A stretch of 64,000 nucleotides of DNA from Tetramitus jugosus. Lineage: Eukaryota > Protista > Heterolobosea. The notes beneath the pieces were generated by a model. It had not been told where the DNA came from. It did not search any database and was given only the letters and a program-made list of their open reading frames with translations. Shown here in pieces: positions 31,701 to 41,919 of the stretch. The stretch covers positions 186,001 to 250,000 of the forward strand of contig OW569349.1 in NCBI GenBank assembly GCA_937625935.1, given 5' to 3'. The number at the start of each line of letters is the position of its first letter. Position 1 is the first letter of the stretch. Both the position numbers and the translations under genes were made by a program.

Positions 31701-34700
31701 TGTGATACTCGCAGTACAGGTAGCCCTGGACATTTCTTTGAACCTCATAGCAACTTTGGACGACCTCGTAGCAGCTTGAATAGTGTTAACACTTCGCACA
31801 TTGTCAGTATTGGTCAGAGAAATATTCACGGACGATTGAAGCTTTCCAATCTCGACAAAACTATCGTCGATGTTGTCATATCGACACTCAACAATGTGAC
31901 ATAACTCATTTGTAGTTTCTATGGAATCGAAGAGAGTATGTGCAAGGCCTATTGAACGCACACAGGATTGAATGGATCCGTTATGGCTCGCACCAGATTC
32001 AGCAAGGGGTACCCTCACGCAAGATTGGAGGATACCAATATCAACACGAGGTGTTAACATTGTTCTAGCAACGGATTGGACCATTCTCGCATCAAACATG
32101 TGTCCTTGTAATTGATCGAGGTCAATATTTCGTCTCATGCAAGTTTGTGAAGCAACACACATGTCAGTTGTCCGATCTAACTGTGTGATTTGTAATGATG
32201 AACACATAACACGTTGAAGAGTAGTTACTTGCTCATCTCTCAGATCCTTTTCGCCCAAAACAGCTTGCAAGCTTGAAACAATGTCACTTTCGCTGACACA
32301 GGCTGCTGCCATTGCACTTGATCGAATACAGCTCTGAGTTCTCGTTGTATCAGATATCCAGGAGTTGTTGAGACAGTGAGCACATCTGATCGATGCCTGT
32401 AGAATAATTAACTTTTGATAATAGACATGATGTTGGCTATGATGATCAACTCCGAGCAAAGTGGTTGAAATATTAGTTTCAATCTTCTCCAGATTTTGGC
32501 GTCTTACTGTTGATTGGATTAGAGGAATGGGTGATAGCAAGCACGAGAATTGCGACTTCTTGATCGTAGCTTCTACACATAATAAGTGATCAATGTCTGT
32601 ATTCACATATCGATCGGCTCGGAATCGATTCAAGGTGTGGAAAATATTGGTCTGAAGTTTTGGAACATTCGAGAGAGCAGTGTCTCCTTGTGCAATCAAT
32701 GATTTTGTTAAAGCATGAAGCGGATCAATCGGTGCGATATTACACCTTGTCTGTTGCAACTTTGATGTCGTACTTTGGCACTTGTACAATGCATCAAACA
32801 AGTGGTCAGACTCCAGTTTGGTCTTAATGCTGCTCGCTAATATCGTATGACAGACAATCGAGGATGGGAATAATTTCTGGTGTAGTGCTCGACGAACCAC
32901 TGCATATACTGTCAAATCTACTGCATCAAATGTATGATAAGTTGATCTGATTTGTGATTGTAGCTCAGCAATATATTGCTCCCTCCTTCCTATGTCATCT
33001 GATAAATATGACCGAACTATTGACTCGATCACAGGAATAGTATCCATATTCATCAAATTCATTGTTCTCCGCAAAATACACGATTGTAAATGTTCGACAC
33101 TCAATCTACAGGTGATGCGACGCCGCGAAACAAGTTTGCTTCTTGTTGCAGCATTCACTTGATCAATCGAATCAACATAGATCAGTTCTCCATAAGCCTT
33201 CAAAACATTTTGAATGATGGCTAGGTTATGAATCATCCATTTGTTGCGAATCAGACAGGATAGGACAGAACGGTCTGATATCTGATGCCCGCGCGTGAGT
33301 GCACTTTGTGACACTGAGGATATAATTCGAATATCCTGTGCATAATCCGTTGGAAAGATGGACCTACAAACTGCTTGTAACCGTGCCAACCGTATCTGTT
33401 GACTCCGCATGCTATCCTCACTCAAAACTCGCAACTTTTCTCTCTTGATGAAGGAAGATGAATTCTCCATTGCTAGCTTTTCTCTGACAATATCACTGTT
33501 CACAACAGCACCCATGCGTTGTACCATATGTAAATTAAAGGAATGCTTCATTTGTTCAATAAAGCCTTTTGATGAAAAACATAGTCGATCAACCATCGAA
33601 CAATAATACGTGTGAATGCAGTGAACCAAACGCTGCCTCACCAATCCTTGCAGCATTGTAGCTTTGCTCATGTCGAACCATGCTTCCACTCTTCTGGAAC
33701 TAGTCGTAATACAGCTGCAAGATATTTCCCTATTCTGATTCTCTAGACTTGCGTTTGCAAGAGATATTGTTGACTGTATCGCAGTGATACTCTTCAACTG
33801 GTCCTGAATGTGCTCTAGATAGAAAAATGGAGCCAAATCCAAGGTCATCAATTCTTGTTCGGTACTACTCTCATCACTCCCACGATCATCGCTCGTATCA
33901 TCCACCATATCATCAACGACAACTACTGTTGGTTCATTCACATCTTCTTTTTGAACAATTTTCTCTGAATCTACCCTTTCCTCACTGCTTGCATCAGCAG
34001 TCTCCTGAATCGCAACTTCTCTCTTCGCGTCCATCGTTTCTTCACTATTGTTCTCATCACATGGCGAAACAGTTTGTTGTTGTTCCTCTACATCATCGAT
34101 GACAACTTTGTCACTAAAAGATAATCTTCTGGCACAATTTACCACATCTCCATCGTCATCACCGTGCTTATTCTCCTCTGTGTTCTTTTCTGTTTCTAAT
34201 AGTGAGTCCAATGATAACTGTGGTGACATTGGTGTCACAAATAATTGATCATCCATCTCTGTTCGATGATCTGGAGTCAATGGTGTCACTGGTATTGCAA
34301 TGATAGGGCGATTGGACTCTTCTCCTTCGTCGTTGGGTATTTCCCCGACTCCCCTCTCTTCAGGAATTGGGGTATCCATTTCACTTATCTTTTCTTGCTT
34401 CTCATTGCCATCTTCATCTTTCAATGGATGCTGTTGAGATGTGCTCGTACTGGATTGATCCTCAACAACGTTGATGTCATCCTGATGGTTGTTGTTGTCA
34501 ACTTCACTCACATCAGTATTGCTCGATTCATCAACAACACTTGGTAACTGTTGCTTGTCATCATCGGATTCAATGTGGTCAACCACCTCCTGATGAGTTG
34601 TTGTTGATTTCTGTTGTTGTTCGTCCTGTTGTTTCTTAGCTACTGATGGTGGTGCCGTTCGTGATTTGAGAAGCACCCACACCAAGAATATGACAAACAA

Positions 34701-34721
34701 CGTCGCAATGATGCTTGGCAT
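28740..34721 (-). CDS. Multidomain RhoGEF: N-terminal signal-anchor, acidic region, IQ-like repeats, LRRs, RGS-like domain, DH-PH
   Basis: Hydrophobic N-terminus IIATLFVIFLVWVLL. LRRs: LDLSNNRLFELP, LSLNNNSLLFIP. RGS-like: LKQFC..IEFW..IAELYYTYL. DH: EILESERKYL..FIMPVQRIPRYEILLKNLLK. PH: LVREG..AYLFNDMLI..KIAWLKDI. Confidence 0.85.
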   Translation of the reverse strand: MPSIIATLFVIFLVWVLLKSRTAPPSVAKKQQDEQQQKSTTTHQEVVDHIESDDDKQQLPSVVDESSNTDVSEVDNNNHQDDINVVEDQSSTSTSQQHPLKDEDGNEKQEKISEMDTPIPEERGVGEIPNDEGEESNRPIIAIPVTPLTPDHRTEMDDQLFVTPMSPQLSLDSLLETEKNTEENKHGDDDGDVVNCARRLSFSDKVVIDDVEEQQQTVSPCDENNSEETMDAKREVAIQETADASSEERVDSEKIVQKEDVNEPTVVVVDDMVDDTSDDRGSDESSTEQELMTLDLAPFFYLEHIQDQLKSITAIQSTISLANASLENQNREISCSCITTSSRRVEAWFDMSKATMLQGLVRQRLVHCIHTYYCSMVDRLCFSSKGFIEQMKHSFNLHMVQRMGAVVNSDIVREKLAMENSSSFIKREKLRVLSEDSMRSQQIRLARLQAVCRSIFPTDYAQDIRIISSVSQSALTRGHQISDRSVLSCLIRNKWMIHNLAIIQNVLKAYGELIYVDSIDQVNAATRSKLVSRRRITCRLSVEHLQSCILRRTMNLMNMDTIPVIESIVRSYLSDDIGRREQYIAELQSQIRSTYHTFDAVDLTVYAVVRRALHQKLFPSSIVCHTILASSIKTKLESDHLFDALYKCQSTTSKLQQTRCNIAPIDPLHALTKSLIAQGDTALSNVPKLQTNIFHTLNRFRADRYVNTDIDHLLCVEATIKKSQFSCLLSPIPLIQSTVRRQNLEKIETNISTTLLGVDHHSQHHVYYQKLIILQASIRCAHCLNNSWISDTTRTQSCIRSSAMAAACVSESDIVSSLQAVLGEKDLRDEQVTTLQRVMCSSLQITQLDRTTDMCVASQTCMRRNIDLDQLQGHMFDARMVQSVARTMLTPRVDIGILQSCVRVPLAESGASHNGSIQSCVRSIGLAHTLFDSIETTNELCHIVECRYDNIDDSFVEIGKLQSSVNISLTNTDNVRSVNTIQAATRSSKVAMRFKEMSRATCTASITIQAVLNMIITSEDALTHTLTIPEKKAQEDNMISTKGMLQKLYISRLDQLNGFDTSRGIDTNRHSFNTATVIITECIEKKQEKLDLSGLNLSTLPPELALCKHVKTLCLNNNEISVLPYWFSESFKNVTSLDLSNNRLFELPEGFEQLRKLKHVDMSHNKFEYFPSEFFDSKIETLSLNNNSLLFIPSDIETMTELTHLDVSNNQLMTLPEEFLKLKKLRALGVENNRFLQSEIANVVKVFTPLLRTHKDKRALVDLMRCNSQLGYTHTSRARSGSGDRSISSPATATEDYTDLNELTELFDLGFNLDDDSDDTSTSPGFILHGRENIDRQLSPPPALQVTGEEDDATDSAYDSDSSSSSLSFTSSPRTPANRIRIPSLNLTPNVESTDEEGSLTFDSPVDTARSSSTSFRLRAMSTPRRFIVDQKPESSVVYQFLSDIEFRIQLKQFCVAQTLTDCLNAIEFWEGAFQYKTESNDQARKTKIAELYYTYLSSVSDKKVSVPIKSIDLLTSQIEEELYQHKHGLPQSESNGPSLFILNNIICIVQDFIHETIQMYNRMNNRGTMAGNTTDSIPSIEISQETTTVVKEQTPARPSHQSYRQSMIFDVNKIDKQTLRELNSLRKEQQIDYKERINLLFEILESERKYLKFLQVLQDLYYEPIMLNKNTGVKTGLFAKRFVPEKVAKQMFPFNLKAIIAVNNNFLRKVEERFGLYQGKDPVSIYFMMIADLFIKTIPFLDVYISYLTMYDPAMGAIRQYRAKHKEFEVWANKTKKNKRSCGLDMGSLFIMPVQRIPRYEILLKNLLKQTPPDHGDYDNLQTAIEMITECAKVHNERIREANNKIKVQQIGRMLRVDKLATDSRRLVREGQCVFKEGKQKAYLFNDMLILREKKKLSLSPTVRIYSLIDAVIMGGSQVSVTLQANCLSSAKLKAKIFDISFNSFETKIAWLKDITNSINRVEVDEGSNHGPISARTLTQRLRTKLVRLHAK

Positions 34722-35014
34722 GGTTGAAAAGTGCGTCAGTTGTTGAATGCTTGGTCTTTCTATCCCTGGTTCAAAAGAAGTCTAGTTGTTCCACAGTTGG
34801 TGCTGAAGTCGGATTGGATATTTCCGGTCCTCACTCGAATCGCATCTCATCTGTCAATCAAACTTTACAATAGGGCACACAAATAAAAAAAGATGTGAGC
34901 GCAGAAATAAGTGAAACAAAACGAACAAGTCGGATCAGATCAAAACCTTCAGGAGATTGGTTGTTGAATACAACGACCTTACTTGATAATTCAACTACCA
35001 ACTGATCGTACATA

Positions 35015-35494
35015 ATGGAAGATATTCTAAAGTTTGTTTTCGACCGGGAGAATGTGGTCATGTTGCTGAACACTGCTAGTAATCTAGCATTTGCTTGGAA
35101 ATATGGAATGAGACCTGGAGAAACCATAATGGAGAGCACTACGCTCAGACCACCCAACGTAATATCTGTTGATGCCTTGTCCATGTTGGGAGGTACTCAT
35201 CTGGCTCTGGCATTGCTCTCGTTAGGGAAACTCATCCGAAACCATCAAATATCTGTGAGTACAGAGAAGAAGGCCAAGGAAAAGTTTATCATCAAGCCTA
35301 AAAAGCGAAAGGTGGATTCCTTAATATTGCTCGTACTTGGTGTGGCCAACTTAACTCAATTGTGGATCCGCGCAAAATTGTTGAAATCACCCGGAGGTTG
35401 GACGAACTCTAATCTTAAGAAAACTACGGTGATCAATGCTGTATTGACTCTGTTGAACTTTGCCCTCATGTTCTTTTGTAAGATAAAGAATTGA
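35015..35494 (+). CDS. Small multi-pass membrane hypothetical protein
   Basis: 159-aa ORF with about 4 hydrophobic segments; no recognised family. Confidence 0.55.
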   Translation: MEDILKFVFDRENVVMLLNTASNLAFAWKYGMRPGETIMESTTLRPPNVISVDALSMLGGTHLALALLSLGKLIRNHQISVSTEKKAKEKFIIKPKKRKVDSLILLVLGVANLTQLWIRAKLLKSPGGWTNSNLKKTTVINAVLTLLNFALMFFCKIKN

Positions 35495-35546
35495 GCTCTC
35501 GTCATCGTTTATGGGATAATGTTTTTATTCTAGAACTTCTTCTCAT

Positions 35547-36716
35547 CTAATTCGCTCCTTGGACCACTTCGCTCGTTGGTGCATGCAACTCAAACAGACC
35601 CTTCTTCAATAGGATGGAATCCGAATGATCTAACCAACTATTCAAATATCGCAAATATCGTACCCAGAACACAAGATATTTCGTTTCAATGTAAACAGCC
35701 TGCTTCACCACATTTGGCGTATCACTCTCTGCAACAATCGATCCAGCAACAGCGTTCGAGCGATTCACAGTGCCTTGCTTCATCATTAGCATTTTAAACA
35801 CATTCTTCCTGTCTTTCTCCTCACCAATATACACCTCTTCGAATCCAGCAGCATACAAATTCTTCCAAACTACTTCGGCCATCAATAAATCACCGTCCTC
35901 GTCCAACAACAGAGCTTCATCCAACGCGATACAAACACCATAGTGTTGCTGCTGTAGGACTCTTAAATCATCTGGGAATAGGCCTCCGACTTCCTTGACC
36001 TTAATCTCACACAGTGCCCAGAATTTGTTACACAGACTGGCACTAATGTATTCACCCTCCTTGCCCTCAAATCTCATTCTTCTATAGAATGCCCACAAAT
36101 GAAAAGTGTAGGTATAAAACTCTGAGTTTAACCAATTTTTGGCGGGAGTAGAAACATTGAGAGAATCGTAGAGCTTTGCGGGGAAATAGGTGTTAATGTG
36201 CTTGGTTAAAATCTCCCAAATGAGTTCCACACCAGGATCCAAAATTTTCTTTCGATTGTACGCGCCAAACATTCTCGTGAAATACGAGTGTTCATTGTAG
36301 AGCGGAACAGGGTCATTCATGTTGATCACTTCCTTGTCCTCTTTTGACATGGATGATGAAGATGCAGATTTGTTTTTCTTCATCTCCATTGCCATCTCTC
36401 TCACAACAGCATAGTGATCCATCACTTGACTCGCATCACGGTTCAACACACGAGTCACGAGTTGAGAGATGGGACTCATGGACTTCATGAGTTCAGAGTC
36501 AGATGGTTTTGGATGATTGACCAACACCCAATTCAATAGATTCTCCTTGCTCTTTGCTGCCAATTTGGCAATGTCGTGCTTGGGTCTCAATGATGCATGT
36601 GTTGTGGTTGTTGTTGGATCGGTTGCGTAGCTCCTATAGATGATGTGATGAAAAGTGTTGAGAGTGTTGTGGGAGCATGCATGTCTTGATCGTATCATTG
36701 CGGTTGCAGAACGCAT
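35547..36716 (-). CDS. UQCC1: Ubiquinol-cytochrome c reductase assembly factor 1 (Cbp3), mitochondrial
   Basis: Presequence-like N-terminus (..YRSYAT); FHLWAFYRRMRFEGKEG..FW; YGVCIALDEAL..LMAEVVWKNLY; WVRYLR. Confidence 0.8.
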   Translation of the reverse strand: MRSATAMIRSRHACSHNTLNTFHHIIYRSYATDPTTTTTHASLRPKHDIAKLAAKSKENLLNWVLVNHPKPSDSELMKSMSPISQLVTRVLNRDASQVMDHYAVVREMAMEMKKNKSASSSSMSKEDKEVINMNDPVPLYNEHSYFTRMFGAYNRKKILDPGVELIWEILTKHINTYFPAKLYDSLNVSTPAKNWLNSEFYTYTFHLWAFYRRMRFEGKEGEYISASLCNKFWALCEIKVKEVGGLFPDDLRVLQQQHYGVCIALDEALLLDEDGDLLMAEVVWKNLYAAGFEEVYIGEEKDRKNVFKMLMMKQGTVNRSNAVAGSIVAESDTPNVVKQAVYIETKYLVFWVRYLRYLNSWLDHSDSILLKKGLFELHAPTSEVVQGAN

Positions 36717-37017
36717 GTTTTATCTGTCGTTGTCGCTTTCTTGTTATTTTTTTTGTTGTTTGTGTTTCCGACAATTCGGGAAAAAGAAGATAACCCGCCC
36801 CATGCGATCATTCGAAGCATCCAAGAAGAGAATTCGGAGATTCGGGAGTCGAGCATCATTTTTGCTCCAGGGAACCTCGCATCCCAAAAAAAAAAGAAGG
36901 TCACAACAAAAGAACAAATCACAACAGCAATAATAACTCCCAACAACCTCAACCAAAAAGCGCAAACTTTTTTTTTTGGTGTAACACTATCATCCTAATT
37001 ATTTAAAAAATCACATC

Positions 37018-39419
37018 ATGTCAGACAAGGTCACATTCAGTGTGACAGAGTTCAACACGATCCAACAAGAACTCGTCAGTCTCAAACAATCCAAGTACGA
37101 ACTGACAGAACAAGTCAAAAAATGTCAAGCAGAAATTACAAAGTATAAACTCATGGAAAAGGAGTATCAAAAGGTTCAGACCGTCATCAACAAGAGCAAA
37201 GAAAAGGGAGTCGTTCAAAAGTTGACAAATGATGTTGAAAATCTTCAAAAAACGATTGAAATGATCAATGTAGAACATAGAGAACAGAGTGAAGCACTGA
37301 GAAACAATGTTCAATTAATGTTGTTGAAGAATAAGGAGATGAATGAGGAGAAGGATGATCTCTCAAAGGAGAGAACGCGATTGGAGGGACGTATTGTAGA
37401 TATGAAGAAGCAAGGTAAGGCGGCACTTTTTTATATATTCGTGCTCTGTTTTGTTTGCGCAAAAGTTGAAAGATGACTCACCACTTTGTTTTTTTGGGAC
37501 AATTGTTGAATTTTTTTTTCTGCGATTGAAACTCATTAGAGATGCTACACAATGAATTCCGGAGACGCGTACAACAAGCGCTCGAGGACAATCAAGCACT
37601 CTACAGTCAAATTTTTGGAAGTGGAGATGGTGATGAACAATCGGAACAATCATCAACTACCACTACTACTGATGCTGATGCTGAGAGTCATGATGGCACA
37701 AATGACGAGAGTCAATCCACAGCTTCATCGGAAGCAACAAGCTCATCCACCAATAATGACACGTTGACCAAGCGCAACACGACTGCTGATCATCAATCTG
37801 CTGATCAAGACTTGTTGAACAATATTTCTCGATTGGAAACAGAATTGGCCAGTCAAAAGAAGCACTATGAAAAGGAAATTCATAATTTGGAACAGCAAAT
37901 TGAAGTTTGGAAGGAGAAGCATAAGAAGCGGTTAGAAATTGAGCAAGAGTTGGCCACAAGCCATGAAAACATTGCCAAATTGAATTCTCAATTGTCTGAT
38001 CAGCAACTATTGGTGACTCAATTGTTGGATGAGCGTGAGAAGGCCAATAGAGACAATCAGGAGATTATTTCTCGAATGTCTGCCGTACAGGAAGAGAGAG
38101 CCAACTTGCTGACATCGAATGATTCACTGAATCAACGCTTGCAGAATCTTCAGAAACAACTCACAACTGCCAATCAAATGAGAGACAAGATGAGAAAGGA
38201 CTCGATCGATTTGAGTAAAAAGATTTCCGACATGGAAAAAACGGAAGAAAGTCTCAAGAGCACGTTAGAACAGTACAAGCGATACAAGGATGATTTGGAT
38301 TCTGTGACGGAGAACTTTAGTACACTACAACAGAATCACAAATCCTCTTTGTCACAATTGGCAGCTGCTCAGAATGAGAACACTCGTCTCAAGGACACTT
38401 GCAGAGAATTGGACATTATTAAGCAAAAGTTGGAGCAAGCAGAGAAGAAGGTTGCGAGACTGACTCAGACTCACAGCGAAAACACGAAACAGCTGAAGAA
38501 ATTAATGGAGAATAACAAATTGTATCACTATCAATTGGAGGAAACTTCAAAGACATTGATTCATCACTTTGTTGAATCAACGATCGCTTCCTGGTCAACA
38601 AAGGTGTTGATGAATGATTATGAATCGTTGCAACATGAAGCATCCAAGGTTCCTGGTCTCATTGCTCGCGCTGAAACAGCAGAAGCTGATTCATCCAAGT
38701 GGCAATTGAAGGTCAAGGACACGAAGACTGAATACTTGTTGGAGCTCAAGAAGAACAAGAATTTGGTGAAGGAATTAAGATCGCAACTTCAAAGTATTCA
38801 GAGTGAACAGCAAAAGGGTATGGACAAGGGATCGCCTCGGCGTGTGCAGAGCTTCCAAGATACACCATCATCAGGCTTCGATTCACCTCGTGCTATGATT
38901 CGAACTGCACATTTGGGAGCACATAGCAGAACCAGCTCGAACACGTCGATTGGATCTCCAATGTCAGCCATGGACCCATCATCGGCATTCAACTCACCAA
39001 GCGCTACCAGCCAGCAAGCTACTCTTGAGCAACTGCAGAAGGACAACAACATACTTTTAACAAAGATTGGTGAGTTGCAACAAAACAAGTGGAATCTGAC
39101 TGAGAGAGTGCGTCACTTGGAAGAGTCAGTCATGCTCATGCAGGAAGACATGGAGAAGAAGCAAACAATTATCCAACATTACACGGAAAGAGAACGAACA
39201 GGTAGGATTGCTCCAGAACAGGAGAGATTTGCTCAAAACATGAAGAGGAAACAAGAACAAAAGACAGGTACTTCTACTGCTGCCGTCAATCCAGATGCCT
39301 ACAAACACATGCAACAAGTCATGCAAGAAACCTTGCTTCACAATATTCAGCTGCAAAGGGACATAAGAACACTGGGCACTGAGATTGCCAGGCTTCAAGA
39401 AAAGGTTCAATCCACATAA
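37018..39419 (+). CDS. GRIPAP1: GRIP1-associated protein 1 (GRASP-1)-like long coiled-coil protein, 2 exons
   Basis: Intron 37415-37539 is in frame. The N-terminal EFNTIQQELVSLKQSKYEL and C-terminal ELQQNKWNLTERVRHLE..EDMEKKQTIIQHY..LLHNIQLQRDIRTLGTEIARL resemble GRIPAP1 termini. Confidence 0.65.
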
Positions 39420-40019
39420 AGTATAGCCCTTCGAAACTAGTTTACTTTTGTTTGTCGTGTTCAGATATTGATAACCACTGTCTCCATGTACTGTCAGATC
39501 ATGCAAGTTGTAGCAGGTGTGAGTTACCCAGCCATGCAAGAGCTCTCTTACTTCTTGCAAGAAAAGTCCAACACCGAAATGTAATATTCTGTCACAAAGT
39601 GCGGTTGTTGATTTATGAGGTCCTCGTTCCGATGGTGCTTCCGTTTGCGTCTCAACCACTTCTGAGCACGACCACCACAATCAGCGAATTGAATTTGCTG
39701 CTCGCACAATTCCCCACACACCGCATTACTTGTTTCTGTAAATGACTTCCTGGAATATTCCGCTTCCAAAGAGCGATATCCTAACGTCATCTCCCAACAT
39801 GTCCAATGTCACCAAACGCGTCGGCTATCAAAAACCCTTTATCCAAAACCACATTTCGTAGGTGCAAGGTGTAATACCAACAGCCACCAATAAAATCTCT
39901 CACACAAAACCAACTCACCTCCTTGTTCCTCGTCAAAAAATTTGTTTGTAGTTCATTCTCACCCAAACAATTCAACATATTAAGCTAAACAACACTGCAC
40001 TGCGCAACAACGAACAACA

Positions 40020-41786
40020 ATGAGCGACGACTTCAAAAACAGATTAAGTGCACGGTTGAGTGTTGGCATGGGTATGCACTCGACCATGGCACACAAGGAT
40101 CTCGTGAATCAAATCAACAGCCAACTTCACCAAAACACGAACAACAACAGTCAGAGTCGTGTGAACAATAACAACAACGATGACCTCTTTTCTGATTTTT
40201 CGTCAACGACCAAGCAAGCACGAACGTCTTCAGTCACACCAACAACACCCACATCAACCACACCCACTTCACTAACATCATCTAGCAACAGCAGCAACAA
40301 TAAAAATCCATTGTTGAATGTGGAGTCACCCAACGTGTTTGATAAGCCGTTAGAGCTTCTCATGCAACGCAAGGATCACGTCGACGACAATGAAGCCGTT
40401 CCCAAAATTGTCCGCATGGCCGCCAACAGCCTTTACAATCAAACTTTTACAGCGCGCCTCCCCAAAAATTTCGTCAATCACACCAATGACGACCAAAGCA
40501 ACAGCACCAAAAACGCTCTCAACGGAGAAGAGAGATGGTTGGGTCTACGAGTGGACGGAATCTTCAGAGAGAGTGGTAACACACTTCGTATCCAAGAGCT
40601 AAAGGATTTGTTTGATCGTGACTTGATCTCCAGTCTCTGTCGTGTTCAATTCGTGAACAACTTGTTTGATTTGGAGGACCCTCACGTCACAACCAACATT
40701 CTCAAGCTCTACCTGAGACAATTGCCTGAACCAGTCACTACATTTGCATTGTATGAACCAGTGGTTCGATTGGTCATCCACATTAACAACAACAATACGC
40801 CAACAGAGTTGACCAAGCAAAATAAGCAAATGTTTGTCAATGAGATGAAACAGCTGTTGAGTCAGATTCCTTCTCAAAATCAAAAACTGTTGAATGCCGT
40901 GTTGTTCTTGTTGCACGAGTGTCACTTGTTGAATGATCGAATGAAGGCTGCCAATCTTGGTATTGTTTTTGGCGGGAATTTGTTCCGTGGTCAACCCAGT
41001 GCCAATGACCAGTCGTCCATGGATGCTCTGAATCAGTTGCAGTACGTTAATCGTGCAACACAGTGGCTCGTTGAGTTCTATTATGACTTTTTCACTGGTG
41101 AAGAGTCGTACTTGTATCCGATTTTTGAGCCTGCACTCAAACAGCGCAGAGATTTGGAGAGATGTGTGCGAGAGTTGGAAAAGGAGTCTCGCAATCCAAT
41201 TATGGCTCACAAGGCCAACACAGAATTGATTACAATTCGAAATCCATTGTGTGATGATCCAGATAAGAAGGAGCAGACGGAGCAAAAGGAACCTAGAGCA
41301 CAAACGGTGCAGAAGGTACAGAGAGAGCAGAAGGAGAAACAGGAGCTTAGAGAGCAGAAAGAGCAGATAGCTAAGAAGGAGTATAGAGAGCCAGAGAAGA
41401 AGAAGAAGGAAGAAGGACTGCAACCCCTGAAGTGGACAGTCAATGCGGGTGCAATTGACGATGCTGTGGTAGACTTTAGAGGTATTGTGGATGAGGTGAA
41501 AGACCCTAGTCTGAAGAAGAAACTGGAGGATGTATATGCACGAATCTTCTATAGCATTTACTACTGTGACAATAGTAGCAGTGGTACAACAGGTGGCGAT
41601 GATGACGACGATGAAGACTTCCAGCTCGGACCACAAGCATATGCAGTCATGTTACAAGAGAAGGAAGACTTGTGGCTGAGAGAGAAGAAGAGGATGACAA
41701 CAGAACTAGAAACACTTCGAAATGAGCCGAACAATAAGTTAGCTCAGACAAAACGAGCATTGCAGCGATTACTGGACGATTTGTAA
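40020..41786 (+). CDS. RhoGAP-domain protein with C-terminal coiled coil
   Basis: VFDKPLE, VPKIV, arginine finger GIFRESG, LKLYLRQLPEP, MKAANLGIVFGGNL. Confidence 0.9.
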   Translation: MSDDFKNRLSARLSVGMGMHSTMAHKDLVNQINSQLHQNTNNNSQSRVNNNNNDDLFSDFSSTTKQARTSSVTPTTPTSTTPTSLTSSSNSSNNKNPLLNVESPNVFDKPLELLMQRKDHVDDNEAVPKIVRMAANSLYNQTFTARLPKNFVNHTNDDQSNSTKNALNGEERWLGLRVDGIFRESGNTLRIQELKDLFDRDLISSLCRVQFVNNLFDLEDPHVTTNILKLYLRQLPEPVTTFALYEPVVRLVIHINNNNTPTELTKQNKQMFVNEMKQLLSQIPSQNQKLLNAVLFLLHECHLLNDRMKAANLGIVFGGNLFRGQPSANDQSSMDALNQLQYVNRATQWLVEFYYDFFTGEESYLYPIFEPALKQRRDLERCVRELEKESRNPIMAHKANTELITIRNPLCDDPDKKEQTEQKEPRAQTVQKVQREQKEKQELREQKEQIAKKEYREPEKKKKEEGLQPLKWTVNAGAIDDAVVDFRGIVDEVKDPSLKKKLEDVYARIFYSIYYCDNSSSGTTGGDDDDDEDFQLGPQAYAVMLQEKEDLWLREKKRMTTELETLRNEPNNKLAQTKRALQRLLDDL

Positions 41787-41919
41787 TTTCATCAAGTTTA
41801 TTCTCACTTTCGGTCGATATTCTAATATTTCTGTGAAAATCTGTGGGGATACGCCTGTTTTACAAATAAATAGAAATGGTTGTGTGCTGGATCATTGTGA
41901 TCCTTCACGACGTGTAATT

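Noticed and set aside
39420-40019. Several short ORFs and a GTGAGT donor on the minus strand between GRIPAP1-like and the RhoGAP
   Set aside because: The best spliced model gives only about 52 aa with no recognisable features; not supportable.
40599-41636. 345-aa Leu-rich antisense ORF and EQKE-type repeats in the RhoGAP
   Set aside because: Mirror of a K/E/Q-rich coiled coil; the repeats are irregular coding low complexity, not a CRISPR-like or structured array.
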